A stretch of 56,566 nt of DNA from Thermoanaerobaculia bacterium (GTDB taxonomy: Bacteria; Acidobacteriota; Thermoanaerobaculia; Multivoradales; JAGPDF01). How positions within the stretch are numbered: the stretch's first letter is position 1; each line of letters opens with the position of its first letter. This document shows positions 35,224 to 46,300 of this stretch, one piece after another. The translations under genes and the position numbers were made by a program. Below the pieces are notes generated by a model that was not told the DNA's origin, searched no databases, and was given only the letters and a program-made list of their open reading frames with translations. Location of the stretch: assembly GCA_019911865.1 (NCBI GenBank), contig JAIOJQ010000385.1:1-56566 (forward strand), read 5' to 3'.

Positions 35224-37343
35224 CAGGCCGCGTCGTGGTAGGGGTTCTTGCTCGCCCGGCGCTTCAGGACCGGGTGCTCGAAATAGCGGATGCGCTGGGT
35301 GCGATAGGGGAGTTCGCCGGCGACCAGGAGCAGCTGCTCGTCGGGTGCGATGCGCCGTACCTCGTCGGGGGTCAGAAGGCGACGACTGGCCTGGCCGAGG
35401 CTCTCTCCATGGCTCTGGTTCGAGGAGCCGACGTGCTTGTCGGAAAACAGGCCGCCGGCGTGCGGGCTGTTCGAACCCTCGTTGAGCGATTGGTTCTCGG
35501 TAAAGACCGTGGTCGTGCCGGCCATCTTCGAGAGGTACTCGGCGGTGAATTCGTCGGCCGTGCCGAAGGCCTGGAGAATGCGGGTGTTGCCGATCAGCGT
35601 CTCCCAGGAGTTCGGATAGAGGCCCTTGAGCTGCGAAAGATCCTGCACGAGCATCCAGAGCGAGATCGAGTAGGCGCGGGCGTAGGCGATGCACTCTTCA
35701 ATCACCGGCAGCCGGCGAAGGGCCGCGAATTCGTCGAGCAGAAACAGTACCCTCCCCACGGTTTCCTTGGGCCGGCGCAGCAATCCGCGCAGCGCCGAAC
35801 CGATCAGAAGCGCCATCCAGCGGCCATGGGAGGCCAGCCGATCTGGCGGCAGCACGAGGTAGACCGTCGACGGGATGAGGCCGAGCTGCCACAAGTCGAA
35901 GGAGGTCTTCGAGAGGCTCTCGACCATCGCCGGCGAATCGAGAAAGCGCGTGTGCTGGTCGGCAGTGGCGAAGATGCCCGAGCGGGTCTTCTCGTCCTGG
36001 GCGCGGATGCGGTCGGCGCTCCACTGGAGCCGTTCGAGGACGGTGGCCACCGGGCCGGTGCCCGCAACCAGCGACCGGATGTGGAGCAGGAGCTCAGCCT
36101 GGCCTCGGGCCGGCAGTCCGCGCTTGGTGGTGTTTACCAGGTGCCGCAGGATGTAGTCCGGGCCGGACTTGGCTCGCCGCTGGTCCTGCTTCGTCCCGAC
36201 GAACTGCGCCTCTTCTTCCCGTTCCTGGTCGTCCATCTGGAGCGACCTGGCCGACTGCGCTCGCACCCGGGCCATGGCGCGCAGTTGATGGATCAGCTCG
36301 GTGCCTCCGAGCGAGAGCAGGCGGCGCACCTCGATCAGGGTTCGGCACGGATCGCCCTTCGGATAGATCGTCGCGACCCAGAGGATGAAGGCGGTCAGGA
36401 GCGCTTCGGCTTGCTCCGTCCAGAACGGCTCGCTGTTGGCGTGGAGCGCCTGCGGGACGAGGATCGAGGCCAGGAGCGCGGCATCGTCCACGCAGGTGTC
36501 GGTGGCCGGATCGAGCCAGTCCATCGGGTTGTAGCAGGCGCGCTGAGGCTTGAGCACCGCATCCCAAGCGTGCCCTTCCGGGGTGCCCCGCAGGCGCTCC
36601 TGACCGGGCTGGTCGGAGCCCACGCCCAGGTAGTCCTCGAGGTCGTTGATTCCGAGCCGTCCGAGGGCGTCGAACGGGTCGAAGGCCACGATCGTCTGCC
36701 CCAGGTAGCGAGCCCGGTACCTCGCCGTGACGGCGAAGTTCTCGCCCTTGAGGTCGGTCACCATGACGGACCCGCCGGCGTAGGCGAGCAGGTTCGGAAT
36801 CACCAGGGAGACGCCCTTGCCCGCGCCGGTCGAGGCGCAGGTGAGCACGTGGGCCTCGCTGTCGGCGCGCAGCAGCTCGCCGCGTGGATTCGTCCCGACG
36901 ACCAAGCCGTACCCGGGATCGAGGAACTGGTCGGGACGGGCCCAGCGCGAAGAGCCGAAGGTATCCGACTGGCCGGACGCCGAAAGCTTGCGGCCCCGCT
37001 TGACCTTGGTGAGCGCGAAGAAGACGACGGCAAGCCCCATGAGGACGAGAGGAAAGGCGTCGACCTCGCCTCGCTGGCCCGCTCGCCTGGGTTGGGCTCT
37101 CTGGGCCTTGGTCGAAGCCACGAGTGCGCCCAGCGGTCCGCCGGAGCTGCGCGGCTTGGCCTCGGCCTTGGCCGACTTCGGCTTGGGCGGCGCGGTAGCC
37201 GCGCGCGGGGTGAGCGCGGCAAGGAGCAAAAGGCCCACGACGCCAAGCGGAATGGCGATCGCGGCGACGCGCGAAAGCGGCGTCACGAAGGTGCGGCGCA
37301 GCCGTGGAAACAGATAGGCGAGGGGCAGTCGGGCTTGGCTCAC
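35223..37343 (-). CDS. traG: TraG/VirD4 type IV coupling protein
   Basis: It has N-terminal TM helices, Walker A LTCASTGAGKGVSLVIPNLL, and LFLLDEFAAL (Walker B). The start overlaps the giant ORF stop by 4 nt. Confidence 0.9.
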   Translation of the reverse strand: MSQARLPLAYLFPRLRRTFVTPLSRVAAIAIPLGVVGLLLLAALTPRAATAPPKPKSAKAEAKPRSSGGPLGALVASTKAQRAQPRRAGQRGEVDAFPLVLMGLAVVFFALTKVKRGRKLSASGQSDTFGSSRWARPDQFLDPGYGLVVGTNPRGELLRADSEAHVLTCASTGAGKGVSLVIPNLLAYAGGSVMVTDLKGENFAVTARYRARYLGQTIVAFDPFDALGRLGINDLEDYLGVGSDQPGQERLRGTPEGHAWDAVLKPQRACYNPMDWLDPATDTCVDDAALLASILVPQALHANSEPFWTEQAEALLTAFILWVATIYPKGDPCRTLIEVRRLLSLGGTELIHQLRAMARVRAQSARSLQMDDQEREEEAQFVGTKQDQRRAKSGPDYILRHLVNTTKRGLPARGQAELLLHIRSLVAGTGPVATVLERLQWSADRIRAQDEKTRSGIFATADQHTRFLDSPAMVESLSKTSFDLWQLGLIPSTVYLVLPPDRLASHGRWMALLIGSALRGLLRRPKETVGRVLFLLDEFAALRRLPVIEECIAYARAYSISLWMLVQDLSQLKGLYPNSWETLIGNTRILQAFGTADEFTAEYLSKMAGTTTVFTENQSLNEGSNSPHAGGLFSDKHVGSSNQSHGESLGQASRRLLTPDEVRRIAPDEQLLLVAGELPYRTQRIRYFEHPVLKRRASKNPYHDAA

Positions 37344-40300
37344 CGGCTGATTCCTTTCGACGGAGCGGCAATGGCACGCGCGGCCGCCGCGGCCGTGCGA
37401 CCGGCAGCCAGCGCGGCGGAGACGAACGGTTTGACCTGGGGCGCGACGAAAGTCATCGCTTTCTGAACCCCCTCGCGGGCGACGAGGCTCGCCAGCCGGA
37501 CGATCTCCTGGGCCTGACCCTGAGAGAGCCGCTCCAGAGCCCCCTGGACCCTGCGACTCGTCTGAGTGAAGTTGAGAGCGGAAAGGGCGGCGTTCGCCGC
37601 GGTGGACACCGGGCTTTGGGCGCCCGCCCCGGGGGCCTTCCCGCCGGGCGAGGGACGCGGCAGCGCCGCGCTCGGTCCTCGCGTGCCTGGAAGGGAAGGC
37701 GCGCGAGCCGGACTCGGAGCGTCCCGGGTGACACCCGGCTGCAAGGCGACCGAACGGTCGCGAGCGAGCGCGCCGAGCGCCGAGCGCGTGGCCGACAGGG
37801 AGGTGGATTTCGCCGTGGCGACGGCGCTTCGCGTCAGCCGCTCCGGATCGTCATCGAGGAGCCGCTCGGCCGCATGGAACGCGATCTGAGCCGTCGTCAG
37901 GATGCGAGCCGTCCTGGCGGCGGCAACCGCCGCCGGCGTGTACGCCTCGGCCGGAAGGTGGCGCGCTGCGCGGGCAGCCTCGGCGGCCTCAAGGTCGAAG
38001 CTCGCACCCTCGGCGCGAAGTTCGCCGAGCCGCTTCTCGAATCGCTCCGCGGCCTCGGCGGGCGCTGGACGCGCACCGAGAGAGCGGTTCTGCTCGCGCG
38101 CCAGGTCCTTGCCCGAACGCTCCAACTGCTCGCGAACCTGTTCCATCTCGACGATCCTCGAGGAGAGCCGGAGAATCTCGTCCCGGGCACCTTCCCAGGA
38201 ATCGGGAAGGGCCAAAGCCGACGTAAGAGGAGCTGCGCCAGGACGGTGCACCTCGAGCGTTGGCGCAGAAGGTCCCGGAGCAGGTGCAGCTGAGCCCACG
38301 TGGTCGAGCCGTTCCAGCGTCGGCCGAGCCGGTTGCGCAGCCCTTTCCGAGGCCTCCGGGGCTTGGCGCACGGCGGCAGGGCCTTCGCGGGCAAGCTCGG
38401 GTTCGCGCGCCTGGTGAACGACCGCAAGGGCGAGCTGGGAACCCAGATTCTGCGGGCGGTCGAGTACGACGGCCAGATCGCGCTCGCTTTTCCCGAAGAC
38501 CAGCTCGACTTGCTCGTTCGGCGTGCCGGCGAGCAGGCGCTGGATCTGGCCGGCGTAGCGGGGTCCGTCGATTTCAACCACGATCGGTCGGCCCTCGCCG
38601 AGGGCCAGGTGCTCGCCGCTGCGCGCATGGGCGACGTAGTGGTGGTCGAGCTCGAGAAGCGGCGTCGGCCCGTCCTTGGGCCCACCCTCGATCCGGATTC
38701 CGCCTCGGGGGTCGAAGCCCGCGATGCGTCCGGACTCGAGCGGCCCTCCCGGCTCGGAGCGGAACCGGACGAAGTCGCCTTGCGCAAAGCTGCGCTCGGC
38801 CGAGCGATACGTGACCATGTGGGCAGCCTCGGCGGGCGCGATCCGTTCGATCCGGACCGCGTTTCCGCCGACCCCCTGTCCGGAGGCCACGGCGGCGAGC
38901 TGCTGCCCTTCCCGGTCCACGGCGACGAGGCGGAAGGCGGACATCGACCCGCCCGGTTCGCGCCGGTAGAGCCAGTCGCCGGGGCGCCAGTGCTCGGCCC
39001 GGAGGGTCTCGGGCGAGAGGGCCGGCACTTTCTCCCGGACTTCGACCCGGACCTGCTCATCGAGGTTCAAGCGGCCGGCGCGGTGGAGATGGGCGCGGAC
39101 CGTGTCCGTGCGCTCGGCAAGCACCTGCCCGGCGCGGTCGGCGTCGAGCGAGAGGTTGGTGACGAGCAGAGCGGGCGCAGGCCCGGGAGCGGCGAGCGCT
39201 GTCGAGGTCGCGCGTACCTCGCGGTCGGAGTCGACCTCGACCACGCGGACCCGCGCAGGTGAGCCCGCAAGCGCCGCCGAGAGGGCGGCCGAAACTTGAA
39301 CGCCCGGATCGTTGGCGGTCGGGCGGCGCCAGAGCGCGGCCAGGGCCGAGCCGGCGTAGCGGCGCTCCGCGGCCGGAATCAAGCGCTCGCCGGCTGTGGC
39401 CGCCAGCAGGGCCGGCCCCCGAGCAGCGAAGGGGGAAAGCTCGGGGTGCCGCGCGGCGAAGACCACTCGCAACCCCCCGGCATGAGCGCGATCGACCAGG
39501 CCGCGAAGCTCGTGGACCGCGAGCCGCTCGGCGCCGTGGACGATGGCTACCGGCGCAACCCGCCCAGCCCCGAACGCCCAGCCGCCGCCTTCGAGGAAGT
39601 ACCGGCGCGAGGCGATCTGTCCGGCGGGAATGCCGGCCTCGAGAAGTTCGCCGCGCTGCTCGAAGCCGGTTGTCACGTGCACGGGATGCCAGCCGCGCCG
39701 CGCGAGTTCGCGGTGGAGACCCACCGCAAAGGGCGTGGCCGCGGACGCTTGCGCGCCGCCATCGCGGCTCGTGACGAACGAGAACTGATGTCGATTCTCG
39801 AGGACCTCGGCGACGGCAGCGCGATCGGCCGGATCGGCAATCGCACCGCGGAGCCGGGTTTCCAGCTCTTGCGGCCGCGCCGAGGCGGGCACGATCGGTT
39901 CGACGTCGCGGCCGCGGGCGATCTGGGCGGCCACGTAGAGCTCCTCGGCGTAGTTGTCCACGCGGGCAAGGCGCGAGCCGTCGGGCGAGAAGACGACGTC
40001 GGCCCTCCGGTGAAGCTGTTCATCGAGCGCTTCGAGCGCGACGCTTCCTCCCGTATGCACCCAGGCGCGAGTCAGCACCTCGTCGAACGCGAAGGCAGGC
40101 GAGCGCTCGGAAAGCTCGGCGAGCGAGCGCGCGATGGCCACCTCCGGATCGTTCGTCGGCCGATGGGAGCCCTCGATCTTCTGGCTCTTCAGGATGGCCT
40201 CGGCGTTCTGAACGAAGGCCTCCCGGCTCTTGCCGTAGCGCTCGAGGTACTCCGTCTCCCGAGCGAATCTGGCGAACAGTTCCGGGCTCTCGGCCTGGAC

Positions 40301-43300
40301 CCTCGCCGCCTCGGTCATCAGGTGCGGGATCGGAGGCACTCGGGGAGGCTCGGGCGGCTGGGGCGGCCGGGAAGCCCCGGAACTGCCGGGCGGCTCGCCC
40401 GGCGAACCGGGTGAGGGCGCCTGCTGCTCCACGGCCGGAAGGGCGGACGGCTCCGGGGGAGGGGCCGCCTGGCGCGCACGCTCGGGCGCGAGCTCTGCGA
40501 CCGCGAAGGCGTGGACGCGGCCGTCACCAGAGTCCCACAGGCGCAGCTGATCGCCGTGGGTCGCCCCGCCATCGAGAGCCATCAACCGATCGGTTGCCGG
40601 CGCGACGCCGGACTCGATCGGCGTGTGACCGAAGAAGACACGCTCGGACACCGGCGGCTCGCCAGCCTGCCACCACGGGACCTTCGCCCCGTCGGCTCGG
40701 GCGACATTCCGAATCGACAGGACGGTTTGCGGCTCCTGATCCTCGAACGAGCGACCCGGGGAGAGTCCCGCGTGAACGACGAGACCTTGCGGCAGGCGCA
40801 GTGCGTGCGGCAGGCGCCCGAGAAAGTCGAGATAGCTGTCGGGAACCGTGCGCGAGCCGGACTCCGCGCCGAAGCTCTCGAAAGTCGCAGCGAGACCGCT
40901 GCCGAGAAACATCCCCTCCTTCTCGCGCCCGTGAAGTGCCAGCAGCCGCTGTTCGTGATTTCCGCGAACGCCCAGGAAGCTCTCGCCGAGACTCTGGACG
41001 TAGTCGAGCACCTGCTTCGAGTCAGGCCCCCGGTCGACCAGGTCGCCGACCGAGACCAGCACATCGCCCCGGTCCGGGCGAAACTCCAGCCGCTCGAGCG
41101 CGCGCTTGAGTGTCCCGAGCTCACCGTGGACGTCACCGACTACGAGCACGCGTCGCCCCGCGAGGGCTTGGCGCGCGTCGTCGACGACCAGGCCCGCGGA
41201 AGTTGCGCTCCGCTCGACCGGAGCCACGGTCGACCGCGCCGAGGCGGGCGCCACGGGCAAGGACGCATCGAACTCGGTCAGGTCCAGCACGTCGGGGGCA
41301 TCGGCCATCCGTGCGGCTACCGGCGACCTGCCGGGTGGGCGAGCTTCTCCCTCACGGGTCTTGGCCGTTGCCTCTGGAGCAGGCTCCTCCCGAGCCCGGG
41401 CGGGTGAGTCGATGCGGCGTACCTGCCCGGCGTTGAGGGCAGCCCAAATGTGCTGGCCACTTTGGACGGAATAGGTCGAGTCGTAGCCGCCGGCGAGCAG
41501 CCGATCGCGAACGGCCATCATGGCCTCGGCGCGATGATCGTCGTTGTCGAGATCGAAACCGGGGCGGGAGCGGGCGAAGGCCGCGCCGGCGGCGTCGAGA
41601 AAGGAGGCCCCCGCGATGCGGTCTCCAGAAAGCAGGTCCCCACGCTCGCGAGCGAGAGCGACGGCGGCCGGATCCAGCGTCGCTAGGTAGTCGGCCGGGT
41701 AGCCGTGGAGGAGCGAAAACGGCCGGGCAATCGAGACCTCGAGCTCGACGACTTCCTTCGAGTGAGGCCCCGGCGATGCGGCGAACTGTTCGGCGAGTTC
41801 GCGGTGCTGCGTGAAGTTGATACCAGCGACCAGTCCGCGACGTCGTCCGTCGACGGACAGGTCATCGGCTACGGCTTGTCCTCGGTAGGAGGATCGTCCG
41901 GGGACCGGTAGTGGGACTCCGTCGGGGGATACGAAAACGGTGGCGGGTAGCCCAAGGCCTGGGACAGCGCGAGGACGCCCATCGGGCCGGTCTCTTCGAG
42001 CTTCGCTCGCAGCTCCGGGGGCCTCTGGGCGAGGTACTCCTCCCAAGTTGGAAGCGGCTTGGAATCGGGGGTCGGCGGGTTCATCGGGGCTCCTGAGTGT
42101 AGTTGAGGGGGCCGAGAGGACCTCGGTCGGGGCGGCAGGCGGCGCCGCTGGCTCGGTCCATCCGGCGAGCGGCGCGCCGACAGCGACTCTCGGAACGGCC
42201 TCGTGGGCAGAACGCCGAGTGGGCTCGGACTCGGATCGCAGCTCGAGCTCGTCACGCAGTCGGAACCGAATGGCGCGAGGATCAAGCCCTTCCGAAGCGA
42301 GCCTCTCCACGTAGTCGGCTGCGTCCCCTTTGGGCGCAAGCCAGGCAGGCGCCGTGGCAATGGATACCTTGGAGACAATGGATCCGAGGGCGCCGCCCAC
42401 GGCGGCGGCTTGCCTCGCGCCGGCCTCGTCCTTGTCGGGCCAGACGATGACCGAGGCGCCGCGCAGGAACTCCAGATTGCGCTGCTGGGGTCGGTTCGAG
42501 GCGCTGTGCGTGCCGTAGGCCTGGAGGCCGAGTGCGGCAAGGGCGTCGGCGGCCTTCTCGCCCTCGACGAGAAAGACCGGACGGGCCGGATTGAAGGCCA
42601 CCTCCGAGCGGTAAAGAGGCGCATCGGCCGCGTGGAGCTTCTCGGCCTCGGGCGTTCCGCGGCGATTGAGCGACCAGCCACCGCGAAACCAACGGACCTG
42701 CTTGGTGCCGGTTTCGTTGCCGGGCGCGTCCTTGTCCCAACGCGCCTTGTAGGCAAAGAGGTTCCCGTCTCGATCTCGAATGGCCCAGACGTGCTGCGGC
42801 GTACCGAAAGTCGGATGCCGGAGCTTGTAGGGATCCGGCCAGGCCTTCATCGGCGTCCAAGCGACGGGACTGCGCTCGACCTCGTGCCTCGAGGGTTCAC
42901 TGCGCCGGACCTCGAACGAGGGCGCGTCGCTCTTGAAGGTGTCGTAGCTGACGCCGAGAGCGCCCAGCACGCGCTCGTGGCTGCAGCCGGCGTAGCAGTG
43001 GAGTAGCGGCTTGCCATCGCCGCCGGTACCGATCGACAGACTTCGGCGGCCGCTCTTGGCGCCGTCCTTGTGGCCCGGGCAGAAGGCCTGAAACTGGTGG
43101 GAAGGGCCCGTCGGCTTGAAGCCACCCGAGTCGAGCAGGCGGCGAACCTGGTCGACCGCGTCGGGGGCGTAGACGCGCCTCGAGAGCGCGCGCGACTCGG
43201 GACTGGACGGCGAGGAAGGCCCGCTCATCGATGGAACTCCTGCAGTTGGTGGGGAAACGGGGGGCGAGGGCGCAGGCTCGCTCAGCGGCCCGGCGCTGGG

Positions 43301-46300
43301 GCTTCGCTCGTCGCCCGATCGATCGCCGGCAGCGGCTCCAGCAGCGCCTTCTTGTAGCTCGCCACCGCGAACCAACCGCCGAGCCAGCCCCCGACCATCG
43401 CCAGGATCAGCAGCAGCAGCGCCGCCGCCGCGTACTCCGCCCAGAACCTTTTGCTCGGCGCCAGAGCGATCTTGAGAGCCTGCTTGTGCTCGTTGGCCTC
43501 CTTGCGCAGGAGCGTCTGGTGCTGGAGCGCCTTGTTCAGACCGTCCTGCACGCGCTCGCGCAGCTTCGAAAACTCCGAGGTCATCGTCGGTATCGCCGCG
43601 TCCACCTTGGCGAGCTGCGCCGAGAGCGTCTGCGGCGTCTCTCCCGGATGCTCGGGCAACTCGAAGGCCGTCGCCAGCTTCTGGACCTGCTCCTCGATCC
43701 TCTGGAGGCGGGGAGCGACGGTGCCCAGGTCGTCGGTCGAACTCTCGGAGGTCATCAGCAGCCTCGCGAGTGCCTGGACGATCTCTGCCTGGAGACCCAG
43801 CGTCTCCTCCACCTGAGCCTGGGTGTGTTGGAGGAGGCCCAGAACCGCCTCCGGCGCTGCCGCCGGGGTTTCCGTGGCCACTGGTGCCGATTGGCCATGG
43901 ATCGGGACCGTCGGGAGGTGAGTCGTCTTGGCGAAGGGACCGTTCGAGCCGGACATAGCGGAGATCCTCCGGAGTCAGTGCGACAGTTGGCGAAAGCGTG
44001 GCGGCGATCCATTCGGCGCGAAGCCGTGTGTCGGTGCTCTCGAGGGCCTCGAGGCGTCCGAGAAGAAGTCCTTTCGACTCCTCGGGTCGATCGAGGGCGG
44101 GGATGTCGAGCGCGAGCATTTGCCGCACGGTGTCGACGCTTTCCATGTAGCGCGGCAGGTCGCCCGCCACGGCGGCGGCCTCGACGTTCTCGAGATTGAT
44201 CGAGCCGTAGAGAAGGCGTCGCTGGTGTTCCGTTCGCGTGAGCCCGGGAGGGACCGTGGCGCGAAGTTCGCGGTGAATCTCCCGGGCGAAGGCCAGCGTC
44301 GCCTCGGCGTTGAGCAGGTAGCGTGAGGGCACGCCGGACCGCTCCATCTGCCAGGACGCGAAGGCGGAAACCACCGGTGAGGGCAGGCGCCGAAGATCGT
44401 CGGCTCGATCCCGGTGAACGCTTGTGTACTGACCCCGAAGCGCCTCGGCAAGCGTCGTCCACGCCCGCAGGCGTTGCTCCGCCTCGCTCGCTTGCTCGAA
44501 GCGCGTCCAGGCCTGGTAGGCCAGGTGGCTCAGGCCCGGCGTCTCCTGATCCATCGCGTCGAGCGGCCGGGCGTGCGCGGCGAGCGAGGCGATCAGCTGC
44601 TCGGTCGCGGCGCGAGCGCGGCCCTCGTCGCGGACGATGCCATTGGCAAGCGGTGCCGCCGCGGCTCCCGAACTCGAGCTTGCCGCCAGAGCCATCGGAC
44701 GAAGGTGGGGCGCCTCGAACAGGGTGGCGAGCTGCTGTGGGTCGTCCGTGACGACCGCGACGTGGTACCTCGAGCGGGTCAAGTCGACGGTCGGGTTGGC
44801 CGAGGAGAGCACCTGGGCCTGTTCTCCCGTGTGGTAGGCCGCCAGGACCTCGTCCTTGGTGATGGATTGGGCCGAGTGCGAAGTGACCGAATAGCCGAAG
44901 TCGAACGTATTCAGATGCTGCGAGGAAAGCTGGACGCGGATCGGCTCGCCATGGGCTCGGCGTCGATCGAGCTCGAAGACGGCGATCTGCTCGCTGGCAC
45001 TCGCTGGGTCCGGCCGAACCTCGACGAGCGTGGCCAGGTCGCCGTTGTTGATGCTCTCGGCTCTCTCGGTCTTGCGAAACTGCACGCGGTCGCCGACGAC
45101 GAGCGTGAGCTTGGACATCTCGAGCGCGGACACCTGGCCCGACAGCTCTCGAACGGAGACCGTGGCTTCCGTGCCGTCGGGAAGCGCGAGGGTCACGCTC
45201 GCGGTGTTGGAATCGGCCCGCCGGACCTCGACATAGGAGTCCCGGCGAAGCCGAAGATCGCCGTGGCCGGTTGGAAAGTGGAGAAAGAGCGGATGCGGAT
45301 CTCGGGAGTTGTTGGCGCGAAGGTAAGCCGAGATATCGCCGGAGTCCGCTGCCGTCCAGGAGAGATCCCGCAGCCGCAAGAGTGAGATCTGACCGCGGCG
45401 TGGATCGAGCTCTCCAAGAGGCCCGAGCCGGAGCTCCCGGACGATTCCAGCGAACTCGTCGCGCGCAGCGTGCGTCGGAAAGACCACCAGGCTCTCGTCG
45501 CGCCGTTCCGGAGGGTTTGCCAGGTAGAGCGCCGCGACAGCCTCGCGCTGGACGTAGGGGTCCTGGACGACGATGAGGTTGCGGGCGGCCGTATCGGGCC
45601 GAGCGAGGCTTCGGTAGTCCTCGAGTCGCCCGGTGAGCTTCTCGCGCTTCTTGGCAACTTCGGCCGAGCCGAGCTCCGGCAGGGCGCAGAGCGCCTCTCG
45701 GGTGCGCTCGATCCCCCGAGCCGCGACAAAGGCCAAAAGTTCGCGGCGGCGGGTCACGAGAGCGGAGTCCGATCGAGAGGTCGCGCGCAGCTCGTAGAGG
45801 GCCCTGCCGGGCCGCTGGTGCGTGGCAAACGCAGCCACGCGCAGCGCATTGGCATCGGCCGGGGCGCGTCGACTCGTGGGATCGGGCGCGTGCTGGCGAT
45901 TGAGCTCCTGGATCCGGTAGATCGGCACGCCGAAAGCCGAGAGCTGCTGGGGGATCGAGCCCGCGGGGACTGCGTGATGTTGCTGGCGATCGCCCACCGC
46001 GTAGACCTTGGCGCCGGCGTGAAGGGCCATGCGGGCGAATCGATTCCAGTCCTCCTGACCGGTCTGGCCGACCTCGTCGAGAATCCAGAGCTCCCGCGAG
46101 GCCAGATCCTTCGGCAGTGGCCGCCGGATGAAGCCCTGTACCGTCTCGGCTCCGACGCCGTACTCGCCGAGAGATTCGACCGCGCGCCGGGTTGGCGCAA
46201 AGAAGCGGACCGTCCAGCCCTCGCGCCGGGCGAGCGCCTGCAGCGCTTCGAGTGATCGAGACTTTCCGGCGCCGGGGCCGGCCTCGAGCATGGCGATCGA

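Noticed and set aside
35235-37466. Very long ORFs antisense to or out of frame with recognised genes. Examples: 35235..37466 (+) 743 aa, 10842..12110 (-) 422 aa, 17131..18561 (-) 476 aa, 47603..49123 (+) 506 aa, 19828..20895 (+) and 37897..39060 (-).
   Set aside because: All are Arg/Pro/Gly/Ser-rich with no motifs, and they lie opposite or out of frame to genes with clear family signatures. These are the typical stop-poor shadow frames of high-GC DNA.
40318-40318. ATG at 40318 (MTEAARVQ…) as an independent gene start after the phosphatase domain.
   Set aside because: The Pro-rich linker upstream keeps high third-position GC (about 82%) in the giant frame. There is no SD, and no alternative-frame gene occupies the linker. 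It is most simply a genuine interdomain linker.
43976-43978. Out-of-frame TGAs placed exactly like operon stops at three junctions of the giant ORF: 43978..43976, 18 nt before the nested ATG; 42083..42081, overlapping ATG 42084 as ATGA; 40320..40318, as TGATG before M2916.
   Set aside because: This is tempting evidence for indel errors or programmed frameshifts. However, the upstream sequence in those frames translates to junk, and TGA trinucleotides next to ATG are common by chance. It is kept only as a caveat inside the findings.
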